Counted from the stretch's first letter, positions 1-9,113 are shown. The stretch: DNA of 64,000 nucleotides from Candidatus Omnitrophota bacterium (GCA_023819035.1 JAMWCL010000001.1:2226-66225); one strand, 5' to 3'. Numbers and translations are program-made. Notes: generated by a model not told the origin, from the letters alone.

Positions 1-634
1 CTTTAATTAACTGTAAGGCCTGCCTAATCTTTTTATTGGAAGCAGTCTCCTCAGAAGACTTAGTAGAATAGCTAAGTAAGGCGATGCGGGGTTTGATCTC
101 CAAGACCTCCCTGGCTAATCTGGCTGCTGATAAAGAAATACAAGCCAGTTGTAAGGCGCTTGGCTCAGGGATTATTCCACAATCCGCAAAGATAAATGTT
201 CCTGCTTCTCCATAACTACAATCAGGAACCACCATAATAAAACAACTTGAGATAAACTTAGACTCCTCATCCACGCCTAAACAACGAATACAACAGCGTG
301 CTACCTCAGGGGTGGTATGGGTAGCTCCTGCTACAAGACCGTCTACCTTAGCCTCTTTTGTCATCATCGCCGCATAATACATAGGGTCCTCAAAGAGGGT
401 TTTCACCCTTTCTATATCAAAACCTTTATTTTTGTATCTTTCATAAAATTCCTGAATATATCTTTCTTTTTCTTTAGAATCAATTTTATCTTGAGATAAA
501 AGTAAAACCTTGGCAATCCCTTCTTCTTCCACAATCTCTGCTGCCTGACGAATGCGTTTATCTTCAGATTCGGGAAGCACGATCGTCTTTAAATCCTTTT
601 TTGCCTTCTGGCGTAGCTTTTTAATTGTATCCAT
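1..634 (-). CDS. pta: Phosphate acetyltransferase, catalytic PTA_PTB domain. The 3' end runs off the window.
   Basis: Manual reverse-complement translation from the ATG at 632-634 gives MDTIKKLRQKAKKDLKTIVLPESEDKRIRQAAEIVEEEG...DGLVAGATHTTPEV..., a typical short-form Pta. The frame stays open to position 1. Confidence 0.8.
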   Translation of the reverse strand, partial: MDTIKKLRQKAKKDLKTIVLPESEDKRIRQAAEIVEEEGIAKVLLLSQDKIDSKEKERYIQEFYERYKNKGFDIERVKTLFEDPMYYAAMMTKEAKVDGLVAGATHTTPEVARCCIRCLGVDEESKFISSCFIMVVPDCSYGEAGTFIFADCGIIPEPSALQLACISLSAARLAREVLEIKPRIALLSYSTKSSEETASNKKIRQALQLIK

Positions 635-635
635 A

Positions 636-1724
636 TTAAATCCCTTTTAAGATTTTTTCTAAATCTACATTCTCCTTAATTAATCTTATAGCGAGCTCAA
701 TCTTGGCTTTGTCCTTTGGTCTAATCTTAACATTTAAATCATGCAGTTGCGCTGCTACAGTATAAGTATCAGCCTTTGATAATAAAACCGGAATACCCGC
801 TTTATTTAAAGAATCCATCATTTCTTTCTTAGGGATAAAACCTCCGGTAAGAATTATAGCAGAGACCTTAAGCCTTTTAGGTTCATCAGCCCGAAATAAC
901 TCTAAACTAATCTTAATTATATCCTCCCTATCTCCCGGAGTAACCAGTAGAGAATCATCCACAATATATTTTAAGGCATCCTGTGCCTGCATCGCACCCA
1001 CTAATATTTTGGAGACATAGTTATCCAGGTAATCCCTACCACAGAGTAATTCAAAATCTGTTTCTTCGAGTATCTGACTGATACTAGGATGAGAAAGTAA
1101 AGGATGATAAGGAATTACACCCAATACCTCAATGCCTTTTCGAGATAATCCTTTACGAATCAAACGATTAATCTTATCAAATTTATCTGGAAGAACCTTG
1201 TTAATAATCACCCCTAAGATCTTAACCCCTTCCTTATCGAAAAGTGCCTTATTTAACATTATCTCATCGATAGGTCTACCAATGCCGCCTGAAGAGATAA
1301 TGATTACCTTAGCTCCCAAAAGTTTTGCTACCCCAGCATTAGAATGGTCAAATACCGAACCTACCCCCGCATGCCCGGTGCCTTCAATAATTACTAAATC
1401 TTGATGTTTGGAAACCCGCTGGAATGCCTGTTTAATCTGTAAGGTAATCGATTTTTTATCAGGTTTTTCTATATACCTTTCAGTAAAACCCTTCTCCACC
1501 GCTACCGGACTCATATCCTTTAAGCCACATTTTATATGACAGACCCCCTCAATAAGCCAGGAATCCTCGTCTATCTTTAGACCTTCCTCTTCAAGATATC
1601 GCTGACCAATAGGTTTTATAAAGGAAAGCCTTTTAAATCTGTCCTTAAGATTAAAGATTAATCCTAAGCAAACCGTGGTTTTGCCGTCATTCTGTTTAGT
1701 AGCAGCGATAAATACCTTCTTCAT
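636..1724 (-). CDS. Stand-alone Pta N-terminal-like protein (P-loop CobQ/MinD-like fold plus DRTGG domain).
   Basis: 362-aa ORF MKKVFIAATKQNDGKTTVCLGL...; resembles the N-terminal regulatory half of long Pta enzymes. The stop lies 1 nt before the pta ATG. Confidence 0.65.
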   Translation of the reverse strand: MKKVFIAATKQNDGKTTVCLGLIFNLKDRFKRLSFIKPIGQRYLEEEGLKIDEDSWLIEGVCHIKCGLKDMSPVAVEKGFTERYIEKPDKKSITLQIKQAFQRVSKHQDLVIIEGTGHAGVGSVFDHSNAGVAKLLGAKVIIISSGGIGRPIDEIMLNKALFDKEGVKILGVIINKVLPDKFDKINRLIRKGLSRKGIEVLGVIPYHPLLSHPSISQILEETDFELLCGRDYLDNYVSKILVGAMQAQDALKYIVDDSLLVTPGDREDIIKISLELFRADEPKRLKVSAIILTGGFIPKKEMMDSLNKAGIPVLLSKADTYTVAAQLHDLNVKIRPKDKAKIELAIRLIKENVDLEKILKGI

Positions 1725-2044
1725 AGAAGATTCTCTTCTATATTTTTCTTTAACTCTGCCTTACTTAAAACACCGACAACCTGTTTCATAATTTGACCAT
1801 TTTTAAAAAATATTAAGGTAGGGATAGACATTATTCCGTAGGCAGTAGCAGTGCGGGTATTCTCATCGACATTCAGTTTACATACCTTTATCTTGCCCTC
1901 GTATTCCTTAGATAATTCCTCAATTATGGGAGCGATTATCTTACAAGGCATACACCAGCTCGCCCAGAAATCTACCAAAACAGGAAATTCTGATTCTAAG
2001 ACCTCTTTCTTAAAATTATTATCATTAATATCTAATAAAGCCAT
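1721..2044 (-). CDS. trxA: Thioredoxin with atypical CMPC active site.
   Basis: 107 aa with VLVDFWASWCMPCK and the thioredoxin-fold motif SIPTLIFFKNG; 4-nt overlap with the downstream gene. Confidence 0.85.
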   Translation of the reverse strand: MALLDINDNNFKKEVLESEFPVLVDFWASWCMPCKIIAPIIEELSKEYEGKIKVCKLNVDENTRTATAYGIMSIPTLIFFKNGQIMKQVVGVLSKAELKKNIEENLL

Positions 2045-2165
2045 ATTTAAAGATATTTTAGATTAATTAAATTAACACAAATCTTAGATATTTGCAAGAG
2101 GTTTAATTTAAATAATTATAAACCCTAACTAAAAATAATGCAAGATAATCAGTAGAAAAAAGGAT

Positions 2166-3713
2166 TTATCTTAGATGTTGGGAAAAATACCCTCCGGTAA
2201 GTGCATCTAAAGAGGCGGTGAGTTCCTTTAGTCTTAATTCTTTCTCCATTCTTTTTCTTTTCTCCTGCCAAGGAATATTCTCTAACTCCATCTTTGTCCT
2301 AAGGCGCTCAAAGTAGAGTTTATTTACCTCATCTAATATCTCCTGGCGCAACTCTACCATTAATCTTGAACGCACATCGATATTTGTCTGGTCTTCATTC
2401 CAGATAAGCCGACTTAAATCCCAGCTTAAAGTTATATCCCATTCTATCGCTGCCCTTCCGCGCACAAGAAGATCATCTCCATTTTTAGTTGTAGAACCCG
2501 TCTCCCAATGCCAAAGATCGGTAATATCCCTTTCTATGCTAACGCTTAAATGGGGAAGCCAAGCACTTCTTCTTGCCTGCCTACGCCAATCTTTTATTTT
2601 TTCGTTAGAAACCTCCGCATATTCAATCGCTGCCTGCTGAACCTGGCTAATAGTAGGTTCGTTCTGAAGATATAACCCAAAAAGTCCATCATCTTTGTCT
2701 GTCTTTGCTGTTCTTTTCTTAAACAGACCCTTATCAGAAACAACCCATAGATTATTTTGTCGGTCCAAGACCAAAGCTTTAAATTCCTTAGCAAAAAGTC
2801 CAAAGGAGAGATCCTCCCATTTGTTTTGTCTATATTTAAATATACCTTTCTTGGTAAGGACATATAATTCAGAATCTTCAGAAACCAGGATAAACCTTAT
2901 ATCTAAACTGATTAAACCCTCAGAAGGGAATAAATCCCAGGTTCTACCTTTATCTTGACTTTTATATATCCCTTTGAAGGTTGCTAAATAAAGAATATCT
3001 GGATTATGAGGGTCAAACCCTAAGGATCTCACTAAAAATAGGCTTGGACCCTTAATCTCTTCAAGAACCTCTTCTTGGTAATTCTCTTCTTCTTTCTTTG
3101 CTCTTTTAAAAATTCTTTTGTCTAATCCTGCCTCCCCTTCAATTTTATATAGACCATCTTGACCGACTACATAAAGCTGTTTATCCTTAGGATGGATGGC
3201 TATATTTAATATAGAAATATTACCTAATCTACCCGGATACTTATGCCAACTTAACCCCTTATCCTTACTTACAAAAAGCCCCTGATTCGTTCCTAAATAG
3301 ATTCTCTCCGAAAGGATAGCCAAACAAAGCACCTGGTTTTCTAAGATATTCTTTCCTTTAAAGATTCTTTGCCAGCTTATTCCATCATTTTGGCTGTAAT
3401 AAAGTCCGTTATTAGAAGCGGCGTATAAAGAAACCTTATCCTCAGGATCGAATAATAAAAAATTTATGCCTTTATTTTTTCCTTGCATTAAAAATATATA
3501 TCTCCAGGTTAACCCGCCATCCTGACTCTTAAGCACACCTTTATCGGTACCTATGTAGATAATATGAGGATGATCTGGCTTTAATAAGATTGTGTTTATA
3601 TTTAGATTACCTTTTACTACCTCCTCCCAAATAATCTCTTCGGCAGCAAGATTAAAGCTCATAAAAAACCCTCCTAATATCCCTAAAAATATTATCTTTC
3701 TCATCCTTACCAC
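2166..3713 (-). CDS. Secreted BNR/Ycf48-like repeat (beta-propeller) protein with an uncharacterised C-terminal domain.
   Basis: N-terminal signal peptide. Repeated DGGxTW-type motifs (DGGLTWRYI, NDGISWQRI, DKGLSWHKY, DKGRTWDLF). C-terminal ~170 aa has no family I recognise. Confidence 0.5.
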   Translation of the reverse strand: MVRMRKIIFLGILGGFFMSFNLAAEEIIWEEVVKGNLNINTILLKPDHPHIIYIGTDKGVLKSQDGGLTWRYIFLMQGKNKGINFLLFDPEDKVSLYAASNNGLYYSQNDGISWQRIFKGKNILENQVLCLAILSERIYLGTNQGLFVSKDKGLSWHKYPGRLGNISILNIAIHPKDKQLYVVGQDGLYKIEGEAGLDKRIFKRAKKEEENYQEEVLEEIKGPSLFLVRSLGFDPHNPDILYLATFKGIYKSQDKGRTWDLFPSEGLISLDIRFILVSEDSELYVLTKKGIFKYRQNKWEDLSFGLFAKEFKALVLDRQNNLWVVSDKGLFKKRTAKTDKDDGLFGLYLQNEPTISQVQQAAIEYAEVSNEKIKDWRRQARRSAWLPHLSVSIERDITDLWHWETGSTTKNGDDLLVRGRAAIEWDITLSWDLSRLIWNEDQTNIDVRSRLMVELRQEILDEVNKLYFERLRTKMELENIPWQEKRKRMEKELRLKELTASLDALTGGYFSQHLR

Positions 3714-3800
3714 CTCCTACTATAACTGACGAAGATAAAGGATAAATCTTACAAGACTTTTTACTTCCTTGAAGTTAAGATTTTTTGGTATATTTTAAAG

Positions 3801-3931
3801 TGGGCTTTATCCGATAAAGGTAGACCCTAAGAAATTAGGGGACGCAAGGCTACGGGTTTAAGGATAAGAAGTTGAATCCTTCTTATCGATGATCGCCGAG
3901 CTTCCGAAGATAAAGGAGGAGCTTGGTTTTT
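3801..3931 (+). ncRNA. Candidate small RNA (~130 nt) in a 460-bp intergenic region.
   Basis: Plus-strand extended -10 promoter (TTGAAG 3769-3774; TGgTATATT 3786-3794). Perfect 9-bp hairpin 3863-3871/3879-3887. Terminator-like stem (ccgagcuuc / ggagcuugg with two G-U pairs, 3896-3926) followed by UUUUU at 3927-3931. Both flanking genes are on the minus strand. Confidence 0.35.
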
Positions 3932-4175
3932 ATCTTAAAAAAGGATTAAAGATGGAATGCCCTTATTTAAAAAACCTCGCATTCCTGTATGATTCTTTAT
4001 TATTACTGTAAATTGGAAGGAGAGGAATCTAGATTTAAACCTAAGGATGTGCAAAGTCAGATAAGACCCTGTCAGGCGAATTTTTTATTTTGTGAGATAT
4101 TAAGAAAGATAACCTCTTAAATTCCACCCTCCACTCATAATTTTCTTCCGAAGATCTTTTAAATACCTAATTTCT

Positions 4176-6368
4176 TTATTTCTTTAATTCTTTTTTAATA
4201 TTTTCTGCCTCATAAGGATTAATCTCTTCGTAAATCCTTAAGGCTGAAGAAAGGTATTCCTTGGCTTTATCTTTATTATTTTTCTTTTTATAAAGCAGGC
4301 CTAAATTATAGTAGGTTTCTGCCAATTCCAATGGTCCATCTATACCTTCACAGATAGCCAATGCCTTAAAGAAGAAGTTCTCCGCTTCTTTAAGGTTATC
4401 CATCTCTAAGTATAATTGTCCCAACATATTATAATCAGAAGCTAGATTTGGTAGATTACCTTGCCTCTGGTCTATGCTTAAGCCTTTTAAGTAAAGCTCT
4501 AAGGCTTTCGGGTATTGTTTCTTAAATAAATATATCTCACCTAAATTAAAATAATAATCACTAGATTCATCTTTTAACCTCAACGACTCAAATATAGCTT
4601 GGCTTTTTTGATAAAATTCCTCAGCAGTATCAAAATCATCCTTATTGGTAAATAAAAGGGCTAAATCAAAATAATCGCAGGCAAGGTTATAACGGTGCTG
4701 CTGGATATACCTTCTTTCTCGATTGATCTCGGAGCTTTTGGTTAATAAACTCAGTGCCTCCTCAGGGTTATTCTTATCCATATAACAGAGCGCTAATCTC
4801 CTTAAGGTAACTGCCTCATTTACTCTATCCTTATGCGCCCTGCTTAAATCTAATGCCTTCTGATAAAAATCAAATGCCTTAGGATAATCCCCTTTTAGAT
4901 AGTAGAGCCAGCCGATACCGATATAACTTAAGATAAGATGCTTTGTGTCATTTTTCTTCTGGCTATAAAAGGAGTAATCAAAATAATATTTTAAAGCCAT
5001 CTGTCGGTTACCCAAACGGTTATAGGTCTGTGCTAATAAAGGATAAACATTTAAAAAGAAGGGGTCTTTCTTAATTAACGATTCGCCTAGATAGAGTACC
5101 TGCTGATTTCTACCTGAAAGGTATGCCTGCTTAGATTTAAGATATAAAAAATAGGTATGAGGATTTAAAGTAGGTAGCCATAGAGATAAATAAATAATTA
5201 TTAGCCCAAAAAAGAACAAAGAACTCAGGATGGCTAATGGCCTTTTAAATCTTTTAAAAGGAAGGCTTCTTTTTTTGGTAAGGACAATTATCTTTGGGCT
5301 GGGTTTAAATAAGGAAAAGTTAGGGTCTCCATAAAGCAGATAACCTGCCCAGTCAAACATACCCAGGCCCCTTTCTTTTATAAGTGCTAAGCGCGCAAGT
5401 CTTATGGATTCCCCTACTGTTCTGCCCATAATTAGATGATTATAGAATTCCTGCGCAAAATAAAGGCTTGTTTTATCCTCTATCTTCTTTATGGTTCCGA
5501 TATAATGCCTGACCCCGCAAAAAAGGAATGTTGAGGCAAGATTAAAGTTTTTCTCAAGGTAGACTGACTGATTTGAATCAATCTTAGCACTATGACAGGC
5601 ATTAGAAAATATAAGCAAAGGAAGACTTAAGGTAGAACCTAGATTGATAATCTCTAAGGCGGTTAGTCTTCCATCGGAGAATACCCAACCCGATTCCTGA
5701 GGATTCTTTAGATCATATTCACAATGCCCAGCAAAATGAATAATATCATAATCCCCCAGATGCTTTTTTATATAAAGGGTATCGATCTGGGTAGATTTAA
5801 AATCAATCCTTATAAGCTGGGGGTTGAAGCTAAAACGATCCCGGATCTTTATCCCTTCAAGATAACTAGAACTTAAATCTCCCGTAGGATTTGCTAATAT
5901 CAACATTTTAAGCGGAACATCTAAACTCCGGTAGCGCAAGCGTGAAGGCTCTTTTTTTGTATGCACTGACCTTCCTAAATTAAACTTAAGAGAAAAAAAA
6001 TCCTTTCCGTCATATAAAAGCTCCCAAGGGATATGGATTAACTCTTCATCTATAGATAACAAAAGACTGCCCCCTGAGAGCTCGCTTAATCTTTCTTTAA
6101 TTGCTTTAGTAAGAAGCTGTTCCCAGAGAAGCATACCTACTTTCTTAAGTGCTAATCTCGGATCAAGCTCTGCAGTATATCTTATATCGGTGTTTTCCAG
6201 TAAAGAAAATAATTCGCAAGAAAGATGACCTATCTGCTTTAAGGAGACCTTGATCTGTTGATAGTGTTTTAATGTAGAAGAAAGCTCCTCCTTTTCAAAA
6301 AGCGCCATCTTAAGTGCATCTCTCTGCTTTAATATCTCCAAGACCCAGGTTTTTTTAGGTGAAGACAT
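4176..6368 (-). CDS. CHAT-domain (caspase-like) protease, then a transmembrane helix, then C-terminal TPR repeats.
   Basis: 730 aa. CHAT His/Cys dyad motifs IIHFAGHCEY and LLIFSNACHSA. Hydrophobic helix LAILSSLFFFGLIIIYLSLWL. About 7-8 TPR-like repeats at the C-terminus. Confidence 0.75.
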   Translation of the reverse strand: MSSPKKTWVLEILKQRDALKMALFEKEELSSTLKHYQQIKVSLKQIGHLSCELFSLLENTDIRYTAELDPRLALKKVGMLLWEQLLTKAIKERLSELSGGSLLLSIDEELIHIPWELLYDGKDFFSLKFNLGRSVHTKKEPSRLRYRSLDVPLKMLILANPTGDLSSSYLEGIKIRDRFSFNPQLIRIDFKSTQIDTLYIKKHLGDYDIIHFAGHCEYDLKNPQESGWVFSDGRLTALEIINLGSTLSLPLLIFSNACHSAKIDSNQSVYLEKNFNLASTFLFCGVRHYIGTIKKIEDKTSLYFAQEFYNHLIMGRTVGESIRLARLALIKERGLGMFDWAGYLLYGDPNFSLFKPSPKIIVLTKKRSLPFKRFKRPLAILSSLFFFGLIIIYLSLWLPTLNPHTYFLYLKSKQAYLSGRNQQVLYLGESLIKKDPFFLNVYPLLAQTYNRLGNRQMALKYYFDYSFYSQKKNDTKHLILSYIGIGWLYYLKGDYPKAFDFYQKALDLSRAHKDRVNEAVTLRRLALCYMDKNNPEEALSLLTKSSEINRERRYIQQHRYNLACDYFDLALLFTNKDDFDTAEEFYQKSQAIFESLRLKDESSDYYFNLGEIYLFKKQYPKALELYLKGLSIDQRQGNLPNLASDYNMLGQLYLEMDNLKEAENFFFKALAICEGIDGPLELAETYYNLGLLYKKKNNKDKAKEYLSSALRIYEEINPYEAENIKKELKK

Positions 6369-6374
6369 AACCTC

Positions 6375-7076
6375 TTAGGTCTTTACCTCTAAATGTAGAT
6401 AGCCAATTAATTCTTTAAGTCGAGATACCTGGATAGTGTAAGTGCCTAAAGGAATTCCTTCGAAGGTAACCTTACCTGATGAGCTTAGGTATGACTCTAA
6501 TTCAGTATCATCTTTTATTAGAGTAATCCTTAAGTCTTTCATTAACTGCAAAGGTCTTCTTTTCCTTACTATTATACTTAAATCAAAGGCCTTTGTCTTC
6601 TTGTTTATTATCTTTATCTCTATCTTAAATTCCTTAAAATCCTTTGCGATCCTTAGCTCATCCTTAAAATCCTTAATCTGGCGACTCCGCAATACTGCTT
6701 GAGAAATAAGCTCTTTACCTAAAAGAATCTCGCCGGTAGTCTTTAAGATCCTGATCAGGTCTTCCTTAAATTGTAAAACTACCTCAAGGCTCTCAGGAGG
6801 GGTTTGGGAAGGAAGCAAAGATGCTATGTTAGCAAGGAGCTGTTGAGGGAACTCTTTTAAAGGCATTTCCTCTAATCTTATCAGAAGATTTACCCGCTCC
6901 ATACATCCCTTACAACTAATCAGATGTCTCTTTATTTCTTCAGAATCCTCAGAGGACAGACGGGATTCTAAAAAACAAGTTAAGGTCTCCTCATCAGGAT
7001 GGATATCCGACTCTTTTTGTTCTTTCTTCCATACCTTATAGACCCTCTGAATTACCCTTTCAAGTTTATTTAACAT
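6375..7076 (-). CDS. Putative anti-sigma factor (zf-HC2 zinc finger).
   Basis: 233 aa with H-x3-C-x2-C motif (HLISCKGC) near the N-terminus, directly downstream of the ECF sigma gene. Confidence 0.55.
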   Translation of the reverse strand: MLNKLERVIQRVYKVWKKEQKESDIHPDEETLTCFLESRLSSEDSEEIKRHLISCKGCMERVNLLIRLEEMPLKEFPQQLLANIASLLPSQTPPESLEVVLQFKEDLIRILKTTGEILLGKELISQAVLRSRQIKDFKDELRIAKDFKEFKIEIKIINKKTKAFDLSIIVRKRRPLQLMKDLRITLIKDDTELESYLSSSGKVTFEGIPLGTYTIQVSRLKELIGYLHLEVKT

Positions 7077-7112
7077 ATTTTATTTTCTCCTAATATAATA
7101 GACGAAAAATTT

Positions 7113-7721
7113 TTAATTATCTAACATGAATCCTTTATGTCTAAAACAATCCTTTAATTTATCAATGATTCTTTTTTTACGCACATCTACTGCCGGACGC
7201 GAAAGCTTAAGGTGTCTGCTTATCTGCTCCAAGGCTAATCGTTGGTTAAGATATAATTCTAAAAAATACCTTTCCTCAATATTTAATCTTTCAATGCAAT
7301 CCTTTAGACTTAAAAGCATCTCTTCCGATTCGAGTTTATCTAAAACTGAGGTAGAATCATCCCGAAGGGTATCCTTTAAACTTAATCCTTGCTCATTTTC
7401 CTCCTCCAAAGAAACCAGATTCCTTTTCTTTCTTAAATAATCTATAGTATAATTAATCACTACCACCCTCAGCCAGCTTGCTAAGCTGCAACCGTTTTTT
7501 GCCTTAAAGGTTCTTAACTTTTTAAAATTATCCTGGGTAAGAAAAACAAATATCTCTTGAAAAATATTTTCTACCTCTTCAGAGTCAGCTAAAGATTTAC
7601 CTTTAAGTTTTAAAACATTATAGATATAACTATAAATAAGCCTGGAATATCTTTTTAAAAATTCATCCCAGGCAACCCGCTCACCTTCAAGGCAACGCCT
7701 AAGGAATTTCAAATCATTCAT
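7113..7721 (-). CDS. ECF-family RNA polymerase sigma factor (sigma-70 regions 2 and 4).
   Basis: 202 aa. Region 2-like YSRLIYSYIYNVL and a C-terminal helix-turn-helix (LALEQISRHLKLSRPAVDVRKKR). Confidence 0.8.
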   Translation of the reverse strand: MNDLKFLRRCLEGERVAWDEFLKRYSRLIYSYIYNVLKLKGKSLADSEEVENIFQEIFVFLTQDNFKKLRTFKAKNGCSLASWLRVVVINYTIDYLRKKRNLVSLEEENEQGLSLKDTLRDDSTSVLDKLESEEMLLSLKDCIERLNIEERYFLELYLNQRLALEQISRHLKLSRPAVDVRKKRIIDKLKDCFRHKGFMLDN

Positions 7722-7737
7722 TTTTATCTATAGGAAT

Positions 7738-8394
7738 CTAAATAACGCCCAATTGATGCGCAAGCCGTAAAGGTTCGGGTAAACGATATTTAAGGGTGCA
7801 CCTTAAAATTATCCTTATACAATCCTTAAAACCTACCTTATACCCCGGTGAAACAAAGAGAGGTTTTACGAAATCCTTAGTTCTTAAGACAATCCCGATT
7901 TTTTTATTTTCTTCATTAAAAAGATAAGCAAAACTTCCCCGTTTCGGACCGGGTTGCTTATATCTACCCCATAACCAACTCTTGGCACAACCCATCGTAG
8001 GCTTACCTAAAAGGATCCCCATATGAGTGGCTATACCCATATTGCGGGGATGGGCGATCCCCTGACCATCAAAGATAAATATATCGGGTTGTCTTTTCAA
8101 ATCTTGCAAGCAAGCTTCTAAAACCGGACCTTCCCGAAAGCTTAAAAGGCCAGGGATATAGGGATAGCTTATCCTCTTTGTTTTTCGTACCCATTCTAAT
8201 AATCCTAACTCAGGATAACTTAAAATAACCACCACCCCAATTGCTAAATTATCCTTAAAATTAACATCTGCGCCGGCGATTAAGTGGATTTTTTCCTTAA
8301 GCTTAGTAAGCTTTATCTTCCTGCTTAATTCCTCCTGAAGCCTTCTTGCCTGAATTGGCTTAAGGTCCCAGGGATGTAATCTTTTTAGCTTCAT
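7738..8394 (-). CDS. nfi: Endonuclease V.
   Basis: Motifs GADV, YIPGLLSFREGP, DGQGIAHPRNMGIATH, PTMGCAKS. Confidence 0.85.
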   Translation of the reverse strand: MKLKRLHPWDLKPIQARRLQEELSRKIKLTKLKEKIHLIAGADVNFKDNLAIGVVVILSYPELGLLEWVRKTKRISYPYIPGLLSFREGPVLEACLQDLKRQPDIFIFDGQGIAHPRNMGIATHMGILLGKPTMGCAKSWLWGRYKQPGPKRGSFAYLFNEENKKIGIVLRTKDFVKPLFVSPGYKVGFKDCIRIILRCTLKYRLPEPLRLAHQLGVI

Positions 8395-9113
8395 CTTCTT
8401 ATCATTGGCACAAACCTTACCGGAATAATACTCTTTTCTTGAAGCTTGCCCTTCTTTTTAGTAATTAATTTAAGCTCCTGATAGGTAGTCCCTACCGGGA
8501 TAACCAATCTTCCCTCTTCAGCTAATTGCTCAATTAAAGGCTCAGGGATCTTTTCAGGTGCACAGGTAACGATAATTGCCTCAAAGGGTGCTACCTGAGG
8601 CCAACCTAAATAACCATCTCCACATCTTACCTGGATATTTTGATAACCCAATTCCTTTAATAATCTCTCTGCAGACTGGGCAAGTTCAGGAATAATCTCA
8701 ATGGTATAGACCTCTTTGGCTAATTCTGCTAAGATGGCTGCTTGATAACCACTACCTGTACCAATCTCTAAGACCTTCTCATCACCCTTAAGTTCCAAAA
8801 GCTCGGTCATTAAAGCCACAATATAAGGTTGAGAGATAGTCTGACTATACCCAATCGGTAAAGGGGTATCCTCATAAGCCAAATGCTGGATCCTCTCTGG
8901 CACAAACCTATGCCTTTCTACCTTTAGCATTGCCTCTAATACACGCTTATCCTTAATCCCCCTTGCCTGAATCTGCTGGCTAACCATCCTCTTACGCAAA
9001 AACTGAAAATCAATCTTAAGGTTAGCTTCTGTAGTTGCGTCATCAGCAGAGGCAAAACTAATAAACAAAATCAGCCATAAGATTACTAAATTTATAACCT
9101 TTTTTACTTCCAT
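8391..9113 (-). CDS. pcm: Protein-L-isoaspartate O-methyltransferase with signal peptide.
   Basis: QTISQPYIVALMTELLEL and the SAM-binding VLEIGTGSGYQAAILA. Confidence 0.85.
   Translation of the reverse strand: MEVKKVINLVILWLILFISFASADDATTEANLKIDFQFLRKRMVSQQIQARGIKDKRVLEAMLKVERHRFVPERIQHLAYEDTPLPIGYSQTISQPYIVALMTELLELKGDEKVLEIGTGSGYQAAILAELAKEVYTIEIIPELAQSAERLLKELGYQNIQVRCGDGYLGWPQVAPFEAIIVTCAPEKIPEPLIEQLAEEGRLVIPVGTTYQELKLITKKKGKLQEKSIIPVRFVPMIRR

Noticed and set aside
317-499. 60-aa plus-strand ORF in the track
   Set aside because: It lies entirely antisense within the pta catalytic-domain coding sequence and its product is low-complexity, hydrophobic and Phe/Ile-rich. The same applies to the other short plus-strand track ORFs nested in minus-strand genes (e.g. 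1132-1404, 2695-2958, 6442-6702, 7126-7440, 13258-13506, 29121-30405, 45689-45955).
2594-2863. 89-aa minus-strand ORF nested inside the 515-aa gene in another frame
   Set aside because: It overlaps the well-supported BNR-repeat protein completely, has no homolog I recognise and has arginine-rich junk composition.
3838-3935. Sequence starting ggggacg... looked superficially like a tmRNA or tRNA-like 5' end
   Set aside because: No matching 3' acceptor/T-arm (GGUUCGAnUCC ... CCA) is present nearby and no cloverleaf can be drawn. It is treated instead as part of a candidate sRNA.
3889-4011. 40-aa plus-strand ORF (MIAELPKIKEELGFYLKKGLKMECPYLKNLAFLYDSLLLL) in the intergenic region
   Set aside because: There is no Shine-Dalgarno before either in-frame ATG. 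The ORF runs through the predicted terminator hairpin and has low-complexity composition. It is most likely fortuitous.
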